Below, piece after piece: positions 28,915-39,483 of a stretch of DNA of 64,000 nt. Every line of letters starts with the position of its first letter. Within the stretch, counting starts at the first letter, position 1. The translations under genes were made by a program, and so were the position numbers. The stretch is from an uncultured Spirochaetota bacterium (GTDB taxonomy: Bacteria > Spirochaetota > UBA4802 > UBA5550), in assembly GCA_963827275.1 (NCBI GenBank), contig CAWHAA010000009.1, positions 96,001 to 160,000 of the forward strand, given 5' to 3'. Under the pieces are notes generated by a model. It was not told where the DNA came from, did no database searches, and worked only from the letters and a program-made list of their open reading frames with translations.

Positions 28915-30448
28915 TTAGAATATATTCTTGAAGATCAGGGGCGTCCCTTTTTCGGCGAACTCCCGGAGCAGGACCTCTCCCTGCTCAACATCGCGGGGAT
29001 CGACTATGCGGGAGAGCCGGATCATGCTGCAGTCCCTGTTGTTCCCGAAATCAGTGAGCATGGCATGCTGCAGGTCCATATACCCGCCCAGATCCTTCCC
29101 GTTATACCTGTACCAGTAATACACCAGCAGGCCTTTTTCTCCATATATGAACAGCATTCTTGTCACTGTTCTTCCGGAAGGTAAGGCGAGCACACTCTGG
29201 CTTAGAAGATTGTATCCCTCATTTTTAAGGCAGAGTTCCGGTCTGTGCAGGAACGGGGTGCGGTCTCCCCGTGCGTGAATGAAATACAGATAGACGCTCA
29301 TTTCTTCCGGAGGTGTCGTCTGCTTTATAATATTCCCGCATCAGGACATCGTCCGTTTTCAACATCGAAAAGTAGATTTCCTCGAGCTTTTCATCGCGTG
29401 ATTTCCAGCCCGGGGCTTCTGTGCCGATAGAATTAATGAGAAGCGGGTATTTCACTTCTTTTGACCCGATGCTTTTCAGTTGAATGGCCAGTGATCCGGC
29501 GGCCATCAGTGCCATGATTATGATGAGCGGCACCATGTTGTTTTTCTTTTTTTCAGATGAGGGTGTGCCATCCGCTGTTTTTTCATCACCGACGGTTTTA
29601 AAATTTGGCACATCGTTAATGAGGGTGATTAAGACAAAAATAATAATAAATACTATGGTCCCTATGACCTCGTGAAATGCGCCCAGGGCATATTTCCCGT
29701 ACCCGTGTACGGTCAGTATCGTAACAATTATTATTCGCAATATATTGGACAGGAGCGCCGCGGGTATGGCTATCAGGTAATCCACTGCCGCTATCAGATT
29801 TCGCTTTTGAAAAAGCGCGAGGCACCAGAGAAGGGACGCCATGCCGAATATATTTTGCATCCCGCTGCATGCGGGGGTTATCTCGATAATATAATTGTTT
29901 ATGTTCAATGTAGTCCCATGGAGGCTCGTCGAGGGATACATCAGTGAAAGAAAAAATCCGGATATGCCGGCGGCCGCGAGTTTTAAATAGAATGTCGCAT
30001 GGTCGAGTAAAAAAGCGGGCAGGGGAATGGCCAGCAGAAGATATACAAAAAGCCCTTTATTGCGGTTAACAAAATATTTTCCCAGGAATAAAAAAGAGCA
30101 TCCCAGGATAAATAGATATATGGCAAAAAACCGAGAGGTTACTATTGCAGCGTATCGCCCGAAGACCTCGGCGGCCAATGCAATTGATAATAACGAGAAG
30201 CCCGCTACAGGGGAATCCCCGGTGTTCCTGTTGAAGGTCCCGTATCTTTTTTTGAGGATCCAGAGGAAAATCGCGAAAACAAAAGGCCCTTGTGAATAAT
30301 ATGAGCCTGATGCAAACCAGCGGAGAAGAAGCTCCCTGAGTGAGCCGAAAAAAAACAGGACTGAAAAAACAAATAACAATACCCGGAAAATCCAGATATT
30401 GTTATTTGTTTTTAAAAAGCCCTTTATTCCAGATATGGCTGGATACAA
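28915..30448 (-). CDS. Exosortase fused to EpsI domain, split by one frameshift near 29300-29320
   Basis: Catalytic triad motifs ITPACSG, SNILRI, AFHEVIG. EpsI-like L.TDDVLMREY continues in another frame as SVYLYF...HRPELC...VYYWY. Confidence 0.88.
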
Positions 30449-30456
30449 AATAATGC

Positions 30457-30693
30457 TTATTTTTTATCCAGGAACTTCTTTTTTACCGCAAAGGCAGCGC
30501 CCGCGCCGCCAAGGATTAAAAGTATTGTCGCAGGCTCAGGCACTCCGCCGCCCCCGGCATGGGGAGGATTATACCCCTGGAAAGGAGGTGTGGAAGGGTT
30601 GTTGTATTGCCAGATATTAGATATCCATGACATGCTAAAAGCCGTAGTAGAGCAGAGTAAGGTAAGAAAAAGTATAATCACAGTTTTTTTCAT
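30457..30693 (-). CDS. Very small PEP-CTERM sorting-domain protein (78 aa)
   Basis: Signal peptide MKKTVIILFLTLLCSTTAFS, 30-aa core, then VPEP-ATILLILGGAGAAFAV-KKKFLDKK; immediately upstream of the exosortase. Confidence 0.9.
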   Translation of the reverse strand: MKKTVIILFLTLLCSTTAFSMSWISNIWQYNNPSTPPFQGYNPPHAGGGGVPEPATILLILGGAGAAFAVKKKFLDKK

Positions 30694-31136
30694 ACAAAAC
30701 CTCATTAAAAATTATTCCTTAAATTCTTCATATAGCCTGATACAAAATAGCCCAATCGGGCTTTTTTGTATTCATGAATTAGTAAGCACTGTCCAGATTG
30801 TCCGATTACTTCCTTAATTGATAAAAATTAGTACTCTTTTACAGGTACTGAAATGGAAAGATTCTCTTAACTATTTTGTATAGGATGAAACTATCTTTTG
30901 TTTATATAATAAACCATAAATTGGTATTAGGCAAAAAAAACAAGATATTTTTTGTTTTTTTGAAATTTTACACCTGACTTTATCGGGAAATATATATGAA
31001 TTCATATCAATTTCGTGCAAAGTGTCTTTTTATTTAATAATAATTGACAGATTGCCTGAAAACCTGTCCAGTGCGTGCTGCTGCGGCCGTGAACGACCGG
31101 CCCCGCGCGTTACTGTCGTGTCCCGGGGGTGATGAA

Positions 31137-31400
31137 ATGAGCGCGTTTGAAATCGTGATGCTGGTATGCTTCGGCTCGGCCTGGCCGTTTTCTATTTACC
31201 GGTCATGGAAATCGAAAACGGTGAAGGGGAAGAGCCTGGTGTTTCTGCTTATCGTGCTGGCGGGCTACCTCTCGGGGATATTGCACAAGCTGTTTTTTAA
31301 CTACGACATGGTGATATACCTTTACTGCGTGAATTTCGCCCTCGTCATGGCCGATACTGCGCTGTACCTCCGCTACCGGAAGTCCGATGCGCGTCCGTAG
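31137..31400 (+). CDS. Small 3-TM membrane protein (PQ-loop/SemiSWEET-like)
   Basis: FEIVMLVCFGSAWPFSIYRSWKSKTVKGKS; three hydrophobic helices. Confidence 0.7.
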   Translation: MSAFEIVMLVCFGSAWPFSIYRSWKSKTVKGKSLVFLLIVLAGYLSGILHKLFFNYDMVIYLYCVNFALVMADTALYLRYRKSDARP

Positions 31401-31403
31401 GGC

Positions 31404-31742
31404 CTATCCCCTGATCCCCAGCTCGTAGAGCTTGCCGACGATTTCGAAGGCGGTCATGCGGGTCGACAGGAGGGGGATGTTTTCCTCGTTCGCTTTTTTC
31501 AGCGTGTCCTCGTCGGGCAGGCGGCCGTTGATCAGGACCACCGCGGCGAACGATTTCAATGACGCGACGGAAACGATGTTTCGGTGGGTCTGGAGGGTGA
31601 CCCAGATGCTCCCCTCCTTCGCGTGCGACATCACGTCGCTCAGGATGTCGCCGGCATACGCGTCCCGCACGTCGGCGTCAAGGGCCGTTGAATCGCTCTT
31701 CAGCTCGAGGCCGAGTTTTTCCATCAGCTCTTTAAGTTTCAT
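31404..31742 (-). CDS. DRTGG domain protein
   Basis: YAGDILSDVM, IWVTLQTH.NIVSVA, ANEENIPLL. Confidence 0.85.
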   Translation of the reverse strand: MKLKELMEKLGLELKSDSTALDADVRDAYAGDILSDVMSHAKEGSIWVTLQTHRNIVSVASLKSFAAVVLINGRLPDEDTLKKANEENIPLLSTRMTAFEIVGKLYELGIRG

Positions 31743-32655
31743 TGTCGGCTCCTATGAGGATTTCGATCTTTAACGTTGTCCCCTTTCCCGGGGCGGACTG
31801 TATCTCCATCGTATCAGAACATTTTTTGATATTGGGAAGGCCCATGCCGGCCCCGAAGCCGAGCTCCCGGACCCACGGCTCGGCGGTGGTATAGCCTTCC
31901 TGCATCGCCAGCTCGATGTTCTCGATGCCGGGACCGTTGTCTTCGGCGACGATTGTCAGCGCCTCCCTGCTGATATTGAACGTCATCGTTCCCCCGTCCG
32001 TGTAGATGACCATGTTCATCTCCGCCTCGTAGGACGCGATGGCCGTGCGACGGATGATTTCGGGCCGTAGCCCAAGGCGCTTCAGGTTTTTCTTCATGGT
32101 GGTCGATGCGTTGCCTGCCCGGTCGAAGTCCTTCCCCGCGATGGTGAAGGTGAGCGAGAGGTCCACGTGGTCCGCGTTGATGTCCTGAAAGAAGTGGCTT
32201 GCCCGGTATTGCCTCACTTCCTCTTCGCTATATTCATGCTCAAGCTTCCGCAGCGTACCCAGGATGATGTCGCCGTTGGTTATGATGCCCACCAGCTTCC
32301 CGCTTTCGCGGTCGAGTACGGGGAAGCGCCCGAAGCGAAGCTGGTCAAACCGCTTGATGGCGTGGATGAGGGGCTGGTCGGAATAGAGGCACTGCGGTTC
32401 CTTCACCATCCAGTCCTTCACCGCGGAGTCCTTCCCGCCCGCCATGAGCCATGCGATCAGGTCTGATATGCTGATGATGCCCACCAGCCTGGTATCCTCA
32501 ACCACGGGAACGCCGCTGAGACGGTGCGAGCTCATCGCCTCGTTAAGCATTGACATGGAGTCGGCGGGGCCCACGGTGACGACGTCCTTTTTCATGGCGT
32601 CTCCCACCTTGAGCTCGAAAAGAATTTCCGCTGTTTTATCGAATCGTGTTTCCAT
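31732..32655 (-). CDS. CBS-pair plus HATPase (RsbT/anti-sigma-like Ser/Thr kinase)
   Basis: Two CBS repeats, then YEAEMN, D.GPGI, GAGMGLPN, GKGTT. Confidence 0.88.
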   Translation of the reverse strand: METRFDKTAEILFELKVGDAMKKDVVTVGPADSMSMLNEAMSSHRLSGVPVVEDTRLVGIISISDLIAWLMAGGKDSAVKDWMVKEPQCLYSDQPLIHAIKRFDQLRFGRFPVLDRESGKLVGIITNGDIILGTLRKLEHEYSEEEVRQYRASHFFQDINADHVDLSLTFTIAGKDFDRAGNASTTMKKNLKRLGLRPEIIRRTAIASYEAEMNMVIYTDGGTMTFNISREALTIVAEDNGPGIENIELAMQEGYTTAEPWVRELGFGAGMGLPNIKKCSDTMEIQSAPGKGTTLKIEILIGADNET

Positions 32656-32681
32656 CGGCGATCAATTCCGAATGCCTGCCA

Positions 32682-33035
32682 TTATTTTTCACTGGCCCCG
32701 CGTATGCCCCGGCCGTAGAGCCTGCCGCATGACGTAAACAGGCTTAAATTGGTGCTCATGACGACGACATTTTCCTGGCAGGCGAGATCGATCATCTGGC
32801 GGCTTGCCAGCTTCCCCCTGACGAAAATCACCGCCTTTATGCCGAACACGGACGCGGTGCGTATCACCTGCGCGTTGCACAGGCCCGTGAGGAGCAGGTC
32901 CGGCACCCCGTCCTCGACCAGGACTTCGCTCATAAAATCGCTGGCGCGGGCGGTCCTGACGGTCTCCTCCAGCTGGTTCGGCCTGGTGAAGTGGACGTCC
33001 GCTTCGATAAGTTCTATGGTTTCCCGCAATATCAT
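32682..33035 (-). CDS. DRTGG domain protein
   Basis: ASDFMSEVL, LLTGLCNAQVIRTA, IFVRGK. Confidence 0.85.
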   Translation of the reverse strand: MILRETIELIEADVHFTRPNQLEETVRTARASDFMSEVLVEDGVPDLLLTGLCNAQVIRTASVFGIKAVIFVRGKLASRQMIDLACQENVVVMSTNLSLFTSCGRLYGRGIRGASEK

Positions 33036-33240
33036 GGCATCGAAATGTAATCCGGGCCCTCATGGTAAGCCGGCGGGACCGGATAAAAATAATTTCTTAT
33101 CTATAAAGAGAAAAAAAATTATGTCAAGGATAAAAATATTTCATGCCATGTGCTGTCGGATCAAAATTATTTATTGTAAAATTATGGATTGGTGCTACAT
33201 TAGTGGATAACTATAGCTACTGACTCACGGGGAGAATGTT

Positions 33241-34488
33241 GTGGGAAAAACCGGACATGCACAGGAAGAGCAACGGATTCTTGAATTGATCGCCGGAAAG
33301 GTGTCGGCGGGGGCCGGGCTGAAGGAGATTTGTGACACGGTTTTCCCCGAAGTCTTCCGCATAATGCCCTGTGACAGAATCGATGTCGGCATGGTCGAGG
33401 AGGCGGGCAAGCGTATCGTCTTGAAGTTTGTCAGGGCCGCGTACAGCCCGGTCCGCGCCGAGGAGGGATATGCCGGTGATGTCCCGAAAAGCTTTTATCA
33501 GCGCGCCATCGAACTCCGGGCGCCGTTTGCTTTCGATCCTGCGGTTCAGGGGGGTGAATTCGAGGAACATGAGCTCTCGGACCTGCTCGCCGAAGAGGGG
33601 ATCCGTTCCATGATCGTAGTGCCGATCGGGGGGGGCGGATCAATCATCGCTGTTCTCGTGTGCGGTTCGCGTTTACCCGGGGTCATGTCTGAAGGCCGGA
33701 TAAGATTTTTGTCCGGGGCGGCGGACCTTCTCCGTTACCCGGTTGAGCGGGCGCGCCAGGACGATATGATCGAGAAGAACTACCGGTCGTACATGGAGAT
33801 GCTCGGGTTTGTGTCGCACGAGCTGAGGAGCCCCCTTTCGTCAATCATCACGCTGACGGAGACCCTTTCCGAAGGATATTACGGCAGGCTGGAGGACCGG
33901 CAGCGGGAGATACTGGGGAAGATACTCGTCAAGGCCGAATACCTGCATACGATGAGCAGCCAGTATCTCAACCTGTCTCGGTTCGAGAGCGACCTGATGG
34001 AGCTCCGGCCGCGGCTCGTGGATTTCATCGATGACATCATCGAGCCCGCCATCGGGATACTGGAGCCGCAGATTGAAGAGCGGGGCGTGAAGATCGAGCG
34101 TGACTACCATATGTCCGTCTTTCCTGTCCAGTGCGACCCGGACCAGATCAGGATCGTCGTTATCAACCTCCTGGGAAACGGCATAAAATACGGGAACCGG
34201 GAGGGGCGGTTGCGGCTGACCATCGAAAAGGGGTTTAAAAAGTTTTCTGTCGCGGTATGGAATGAAGGCCCCGGCTTCAGCGAACATGAAAAGCACCTGC
34301 TTTTCAAGAAATTTTCGCGGCTTCAGGCGCCGGAGCTTGTCGATCGGAAGGGCAGCGGCATCGGCCTGTACGTGTCATGGAAGATCGTTAATCTTCACTG
34401 CGGACGCATATTCGCGGAATCGGAGCAGGGGTCCTGGGCCCGGTTCACCGTGGAGCTGCCGCAGTACCAGGACCTCTGCATCATCTGA
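33241..34488 (+). CDS. GAF-domain sensor histidine kinase (cytoplasmic)
   Basis: GAF-like N-terminus, SHELRSPL H-box, NLLGNGIKY, NEGPG, GSGIGL. Confidence 0.92.
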   Translation: MGKTGHAQEEQRILELIAGKVSAGAGLKEICDTVFPEVFRIMPCDRIDVGMVEEAGKRIVLKFVRAAYSPVRAEEGYAGDVPKSFYQRAIELRAPFAFDPAVQGGEFEEHELSDLLAEEGIRSMIVVPIGGGGSIIAVLVCGSRLPGVMSEGRIRFLSGAADLLRYPVERARQDDMIEKNYRSYMEMLGFVSHELRSPLSSIITLTETLSEGYYGRLEDRQREILGKILVKAEYLHTMSSQYLNLSRFESDLMELRPRLVDFIDDIIEPAIGILEPQIEERGVKIERDYHMSVFPVQCDPDQIRIVVINLLGNGIKYGNREGRLRLTIEKGFKKFSVAVWNEGPGFSEHEKHLLFKKFSRLQAPELVDRKGSGIGLYVSWKIVNLHCGRIFAESEQGSWARFTVELPQYQDLCII

Positions 34489-34738
34489 TGTTTTTTGGGG
34501 GGCCGGGCTCCTCCTCCTTGTCGAGCAGCGCCAGGTACTGGTCCCAGACCTTGTCAATCTCGGCGGCCTCCTTTTCGTCGAGCCGCTCTATTATGAACCC
34601 CGCATGGACAATCACCTTGTCGCCCTTTTTCACCTCGGGCATGAAGGTGATATCGACGGTCTTCTCCACCCCGCGGGACTCGGCCACGGCGCGGTTTCCC
34701 TCTATTCGTATTATGCTCATCGGTACTGCGAGACACAT
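34481..34738 (-). CDS. hypC: Hydrogenase maturation chaperone HypC
   Basis: MCLAVP start; GDKVIVHAGF. Confidence 0.95.
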   Translation of the reverse strand: MCLAVPMSIIRIEGNRAVAESRGVEKTVDITFMPEVKKGDKVIVHAGFIIERLDEKEAAEIDKVWDQYLALLDKEEEPGPPKNIR

Positions 34739-34874
34739 GGTAGTGCACCTCTGGTATATAAGTCTTGGATAAAAATGCTTGTTACAATAAAATACCCTCA
34801 CCCGCGCTGCCGCGCACCCTCTCCCATTACATCATGAAGAAAGGAGAGGGTTTCTGCAGCATGGAGCCTTCGGT

Positions 34875-35879
34875 TCAGCAGATCCTCGGCAGCTGCTCCT
34901 CGGTCAGAAGCGGCAGTATCCGTCTCCCGCCGATGGCGGTCTCGAGGTACGCCTTGCCCGGGAATTCCATGTTTATCTCGCCGATAACCGCCGCGTCTGT
35001 TCCTTCCGGCGACTGCTTCAGGACGGAGACGACACCCTCCGCGTCTTCGGCCTTCACTATCAAAATGACTTTTCCCTCGTTGGCCGCGTACAGCGCGTCG
35101 ATGCCGAGGATGCCGCACACGCCCTTCACCTCGTCCCTGACGGGAAGCGATTCCTCCACGAGCTTCGCGCTGAATCCCTTGCCCTTCACGATCTCGTTCA
35201 GGACCGAGGCGACGCCGCCCCTGGTCGGGTCCCGCATGAATTTCACGCTGTCAGGGAACGCGTCAGTTACCTTCCGTATCATGTGGTTCAGGTGGGCGCA
35301 GTCCGACGAGAGCCCCTTTGAAAACGAGAGGTTGTTGCGCAGCGCCATCACCGCCATGCCGTGGTCGCCGATGGTGCCGCTCGTTATGATGCGGTCGCCC
35401 GGAACGATCTCCTCCCGCGCGGTCTTTCGCTCGATCAGGCCGATGCCGGAGGTGTTGATGAACATCCGGTCCGCCTTGCCGGAGGGCACCACCTTGGTGT
35501 CGCCGGTCACGATCTTCACGCCTGCCGCGTCCGCCTCGGATCTCATGGAATCAAGGACGCGCTCCAGGTCCCCGAAGTCGAGGCCCTCTTCGAGGACAAG
35601 GGCGCAGGAAATGTAGAGCGGCGTCGCGCCCATGACCGCGAGGTCGTTCACCGTCCCGTTCACCGCGAGCGTGCCGATGTCGCCGCCCGGGAAGAAGAGC
35701 GGCGTTATGGTGAAGGTGTCGGTGGTGAAGGCGATGGTGGCGCCGCCGATGGAGAGCACGGCGGAATCATCGAGCTGGACGCTGTCGCCGCCGAAGCGCT
35801 TCCTGATGACCGTGTCGATCATATCGTTCATCAGCTTGCCGCCGCTGCCGTGGCCCGGTAGTATCTTTTTTGTCATCAT
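34875..35879 (-). CDS. hypE: HypE
   Basis: HGSGG, FPGGDIG.LAVNGTVNDL, RDPTRGG, C-terminal LPRIC. Confidence 0.97.
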   Translation of the reverse strand: MMTKKILPGHGSGGKLMNDMIDTVIRKRFGGDSVQLDDSAVLSIGGATIAFTTDTFTITPLFFPGGDIGTLAVNGTVNDLAVMGATPLYISCALVLEEGLDFGDLERVLDSMRSEADAAGVKIVTGDTKVVPSGKADRMFINTSGIGLIERKTAREEIVPGDRIITSGTIGDHGMAVMALRNNLSFSKGLSSDCAHLNHMIRKVTDAFPDSVKFMRDPTRGGVASVLNEIVKGKGFSAKLVEESLPVRDEVKGVCGILGIDALYAANEGKVILIVKAEDAEGVVSVLKQSPEGTDAAVIGEINMEFPGKAYLETAIGGRRILPLLTEEQLPRIC

Positions 35880-36943
35880 CTGCTCCAGTACCGATAGTAC
35901 GCCGCGCAGGGACCTTCAAGCGAAACCATGCAGGGGCCCACCGGCTCCTCGGGGGTGCAGGCCTTCCCGTACAGCGGGCAGGAAGGCGGGGAGATGAGGC
36001 CGCGGAGCAGCTCGCCGCACCGGCAGCCCTTCGCCTCTCGGACCGGCGGCGGGACGACCGGGAACTTGCGTGCCGCGTCGAAGTCCGCGTATTCGTCCCG
36101 GACCTCGAGGCCGCTTCCCGGTATCACGCCGATGCCGCGCCACTGCGCGTCGGATGTTTTGAAGACGCGGTCCATTATCTCGACGGCCTTCACGTTCCCT
36201 TCTTCCCTGACAACGCGGGTATACTGGTTTATGGTTTCGATCTTTTCCCTGATGACCATGTCGGCAAGCGCTATCATGCCCATCATGAGATCGGGTGCGT
36301 CGAAGCCGGATACCACGCACGGCTTTCCGTAGCGCTCCGCGATGAAGCGCCACGGCGCGACGCCGATGACCGCGCTCACGTGGCCCGGGAGGATGAACCC
36401 GTCGATCTTCACCTCCCGCGCGGCAAGGAGCGCGTCCACCGCCGGCGGGGTGAGCTTGTTCCCGGCAAGGAGCGAGAAGTTTTTCACGTTGCGCTGCTTC
36501 GCCTCGATGACGGTGGCCGCTTCCGCCGGGGCCGTGGTCTCGAAGCCCACGCTCAGGAAGATGACCTCCCTGCCGGCGTCCGCGGCGGCCATCTCCAGCG
36601 CGTCCACCGGCGAGTACACGATGCGCACGTCCATCCCCTCCGCCTTTTCCTTCGCGAGGGAGCTGTAGGACGAGGGGACCTTTATCATGTCGCCGAAGGT
36701 GGCGATGACGGGGCGGTGCTTCCTGCCGATCTCGATCGCGCGGTCCAGAAAATCGTTGGGCGTCACGCACACGGGGCACCCGGGCCCGTCAATGAGCTCC
36801 AGGTTTTCCGGGAACAGGTCCTTCACGCCGGTGCGGAAGAACTCGGTGGTGTGCGTGCCGCACACCTCCATGATCCGGACCGCCCGGTCCAGGCGGAGGC
36901 CCTTCAGGCGCGCCGCGAGTTTTTTATTCAGCTCGGTCGTCAT
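35876..36943 (-). CDS. hypD: HypD
   Basis: MEVCGTH, GPGCPVC, GFETTAP, PGHVS, GPCMVS.EG.C. Confidence 0.97.
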   Translation of the reverse strand: MTTELNKKLAARLKGLRLDRAVRIMEVCGTHTTEFFRTGVKDLFPENLELIDGPGCPVCVTPNDFLDRAIEIGRKHRPVIATFGDMIKVPSSYSSLAKEKAEGMDVRIVYSPVDALEMAAADAGREVIFLSVGFETTAPAEAATVIEAKQRNVKNFSLLAGNKLTPPAVDALLAAREVKIDGFILPGHVSAVIGVAPWRFIAERYGKPCVVSGFDAPDLMMGMIALADMVIREKIETINQYTRVVREEGNVKAVEIMDRVFKTSDAQWRGIGVIPGSGLEVRDEYADFDAARKFPVVPPPVREAKGCRCGELLRGLISPPSCPLYGKACTPEEPVGPCMVSLEGPCAAYYRYWSR

Positions 36944-37290
36944 TACGTTATTTCTATGCTTATGATCGAAAATTCCCGCCCTTCAAGGAGCTCAATGTCG
37001 TTCTCGTTGCATTTCAGGCAGGTGAAGCCCCATTCGCCGTCCGAGAAGGTGTGCTCGTTTCCACAAGATCTGCAGCGTACCTTGACCGGCACCCGCTCGA
37101 TGTCCAGGACCGCCCCGTTCGCGATGGTGTCCTTGCAGAGCATGTCGAAGTAGCTCTGCGCCCATTCCGGGATGATATCGGAGAGGCGGCCGATGCGCAG
37201 GTTAACTTTCGTGACCCTTTTCGCGTTGTTCCGGTTCGCGTGGTCCAGGACGATGTCCAGGATGTTGCCCATTATTGAGAGTTCGTGCAA
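36943..37290 (-). CDS. hypA: HypA (TTG start)
   Basis: MHELS, CRSC...CLKC, GREF. Confidence 0.95.
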   Translation of the reverse strand: MHELSIMGNILDIVLDHANRNNAKRVTKVNLRIGRLSDIIPEWAQSYFDMLCKDTIANGAVLDIERVPVKVRCRSCGNEHTFSDGEWGFTCLKCNENDIELLEGREFSIISIEIT

Positions 37291-37483
37291 TTGCGCTCCT
37301 GTGCTGACGGCGTTTTCTCTTTATAACCATCATAATCATAACGGGAAGGCGTTGATATATGTCAACTATTAATGGGCGGCTTGGACCGGCGTCCGGTTCC
37401 GGCGGGTCTGTCCGGTATTCAGGGCGGAGGCGTCTGATTAATCGGCGGCACCGTCGCATGACGGCGCAATTAGTACCGTGCAT

Positions 37484-37531
37484 CACAGGGGTGTCATACA
37501 ATCCGTTCCGGATTCAGTATAACTCCCCGTG
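37484..37531. other. Long imperfect hairpin between micro-peptide 1 and hypA
   Basis: CACAGGGGTGTCATAC...ATCCG/CGGAT...GTATAACTCCCCGTG inverted repeat. Confidence 0.55.
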
Positions 37532-37561
37532 TGCAGTAAACGGCAGGTTTACATGTTGAAA

Positions 37562-37633
37562 TTAAAATGGTAAAAGCGCGATTAACGCGATCGCGGTAAA
37601 TACCATTGCGAGCACCATCAATGTCTGCTTCAT
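37562..37633 (-). CDS. 23-aa hydrophobic micro-peptide 1 (MKQTLMVLAMVFTAIALIALLPF)
   Basis: AAGGGGG RBS 7 nt upstream; paralog of identical length at 39715-39786 with synonymous codon changes. Confidence 0.8.
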   Translation of the reverse strand: MKQTLMVLAMVFTAIALIALLPF

Positions 37634-37880
37634 GTCATATCCCCCTTAAGACCAGTGAGATCTATTTTTTTTGTGTAAACAAAATTCCGCCCAAGTGGGC
37701 TTTAATATTGTTATAGGAATTATTAATATATATTTAATTATATGTCTCGTTAATTTCTGATTAATCAGATATTGGTATAAATAAATAATTATTCTTGTAA
37801 TTATATAGCTTCCTGATGGCATATTTCATAGAAATTGTATTGAAAACCGCATATTGGATGTTTTCTTGAGGAGGCCCCCC

Positions 37881-39483
37881 ATGTCACAGCCGGACCGCAA
37901 CAATCCCTACAGTTTCAACGAATTCCTCGAATGGCGAAAGAATGTCGATTACTACGCCGACGATCCCTTCATCCAGAAGGTCGTGAAGCATTTCTGCGGA
38001 CCGGACAGGAAAAAGGTCGATGCGCGGGCGCGCGTGATATCCGCGAAGGCATCGTTCCGGTGGCGCGACATGGCGGAGGCCATCGCCTGGCCGGAAAAGC
38101 GGCCCTACATGATGCACTACGACGGCCATCACAACCGGATCGACCGGATCGTGCGGCCCCACGAGACGGAGATCATGGAACGGGAGGTGTTCGGCGAGCG
38201 CCTCTTTTCGGACGCCGTCACCCCCTGGGAGAAGCTCATCGGCATGTACATCATCTACCAGAACAGCGAGGCCTGTATCGCCTGCCCCCTGACCTGCACC
38301 GAGGGCCTGGTGAAGCTGCTGGAGAAATATGCGGACACGCCGGAGACGCGGCGCATCCTCGTGCACTGCAAGAACGGGATCGACGGCGAGGTGGCCATCG
38401 GCGCGCAGTACCTCTCGGAGATACAGGGCGGCTCCGACGTGCCGGCGAACCTGCTCGAGGCGGTGGAGGAGGAGGGGCGCGTGGCGGCTGTACGGGACCA
38501 AGTTCTTCTGCTCTGCCACCCACGCGGATTACGCCGTGGTGACGGCGAAGCCGCGCGGCTCGGAGAAGGTGGCGCTCTTCGTGGTGCCCTCCTGGCTGCC
38601 GGGAGACAGGGAGAAGGAGATACGCAACGGGTACACCATCGACCGGATCAAGTGGAAGATGGGAACCAGCGAGCTGACCACGGCCGAGCTCACCTTCAAC
38701 GGCGCGGTCGCCTACCCGGTGGGGCCCCTGGACCGGGGCCTGGCAAATGTCGTGGGGATCGTGCTGACCTATTCGCGCCTGACCGTGGGCCTGGCCGCGG
38801 GCGCGAGCATGGCCCGCTGCTGCCGCGAGGCGAAAAAGTACAGCGAGTTCCGCGAGGCCTTCGGCCTGCGGATCGGCGGCTTCCCGCTGGTGAAGCTGCA
38901 GCTGCGCGGAGATGGAGCGGTCTCGCGCGGCGGACCACCGCCGGCTCGTTCAAGCTCTACAGCGAGTTCCTGGGGCTCGAGGGCGGACTGAAGGGCGGCC
39001 TGGTCGGCCGACGAGCCGCCTGCAATGCGGCGGAAGCGCTTTGACGTGCGCGAGCTCATCATGCTGCAGAAGATCACGGCGGCGGCCGACTCGACAGACA
39101 TCGTGCGCACGGCGATGTCGATCTTCGGCGGCCACGGCGTGATGGAGGACTTCTCCTCCCTGCCGCGCTTCTACCGCGACGCCGCCATCAACGAGCTGTG
39201 GGAGGGGCCGCGGAACGTGCTCCTCACCCAGATGCATAACGACATGAAGAGGGCGGCCGACTGGTACGGCCCGGCTGACTTCGTCGGGTCTGTGCTGCGC
39301 GGGGCGGACACCGCGCATATCAATGCCTGTGCGGAGGAGATGGCGGAGCTCACCGCGCATCCGAACCTCTTCAGCGGCGATGAGAAGACGCTCGAGGTGT
39401 GCGGCAGGTGGGACCGGTTCTGCACCGATCTCTTTCATTCTTATCAGGATCTGGCCATGGCCGAGGTGGAGGGGGGCGCATAG
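37881..39483 (+). pseudogene. AidB-like acyl-CoA dehydrogenase with several frameshifts (probably sequencing error)
   Basis: CPLTCTEG and QYLSEIQGGSD; then LYGTKFFCSA, K.KMGT...TAE and SRL in a second frame; then FGGHGVMED and INELWEGPRNV. Confidence 0.85.

Noticed and set aside
29295..29325. Programmed frameshift between exosortase and EpsI
   Set aside because: No clear slippery heptamer, and the window has many other apparent indel errors.
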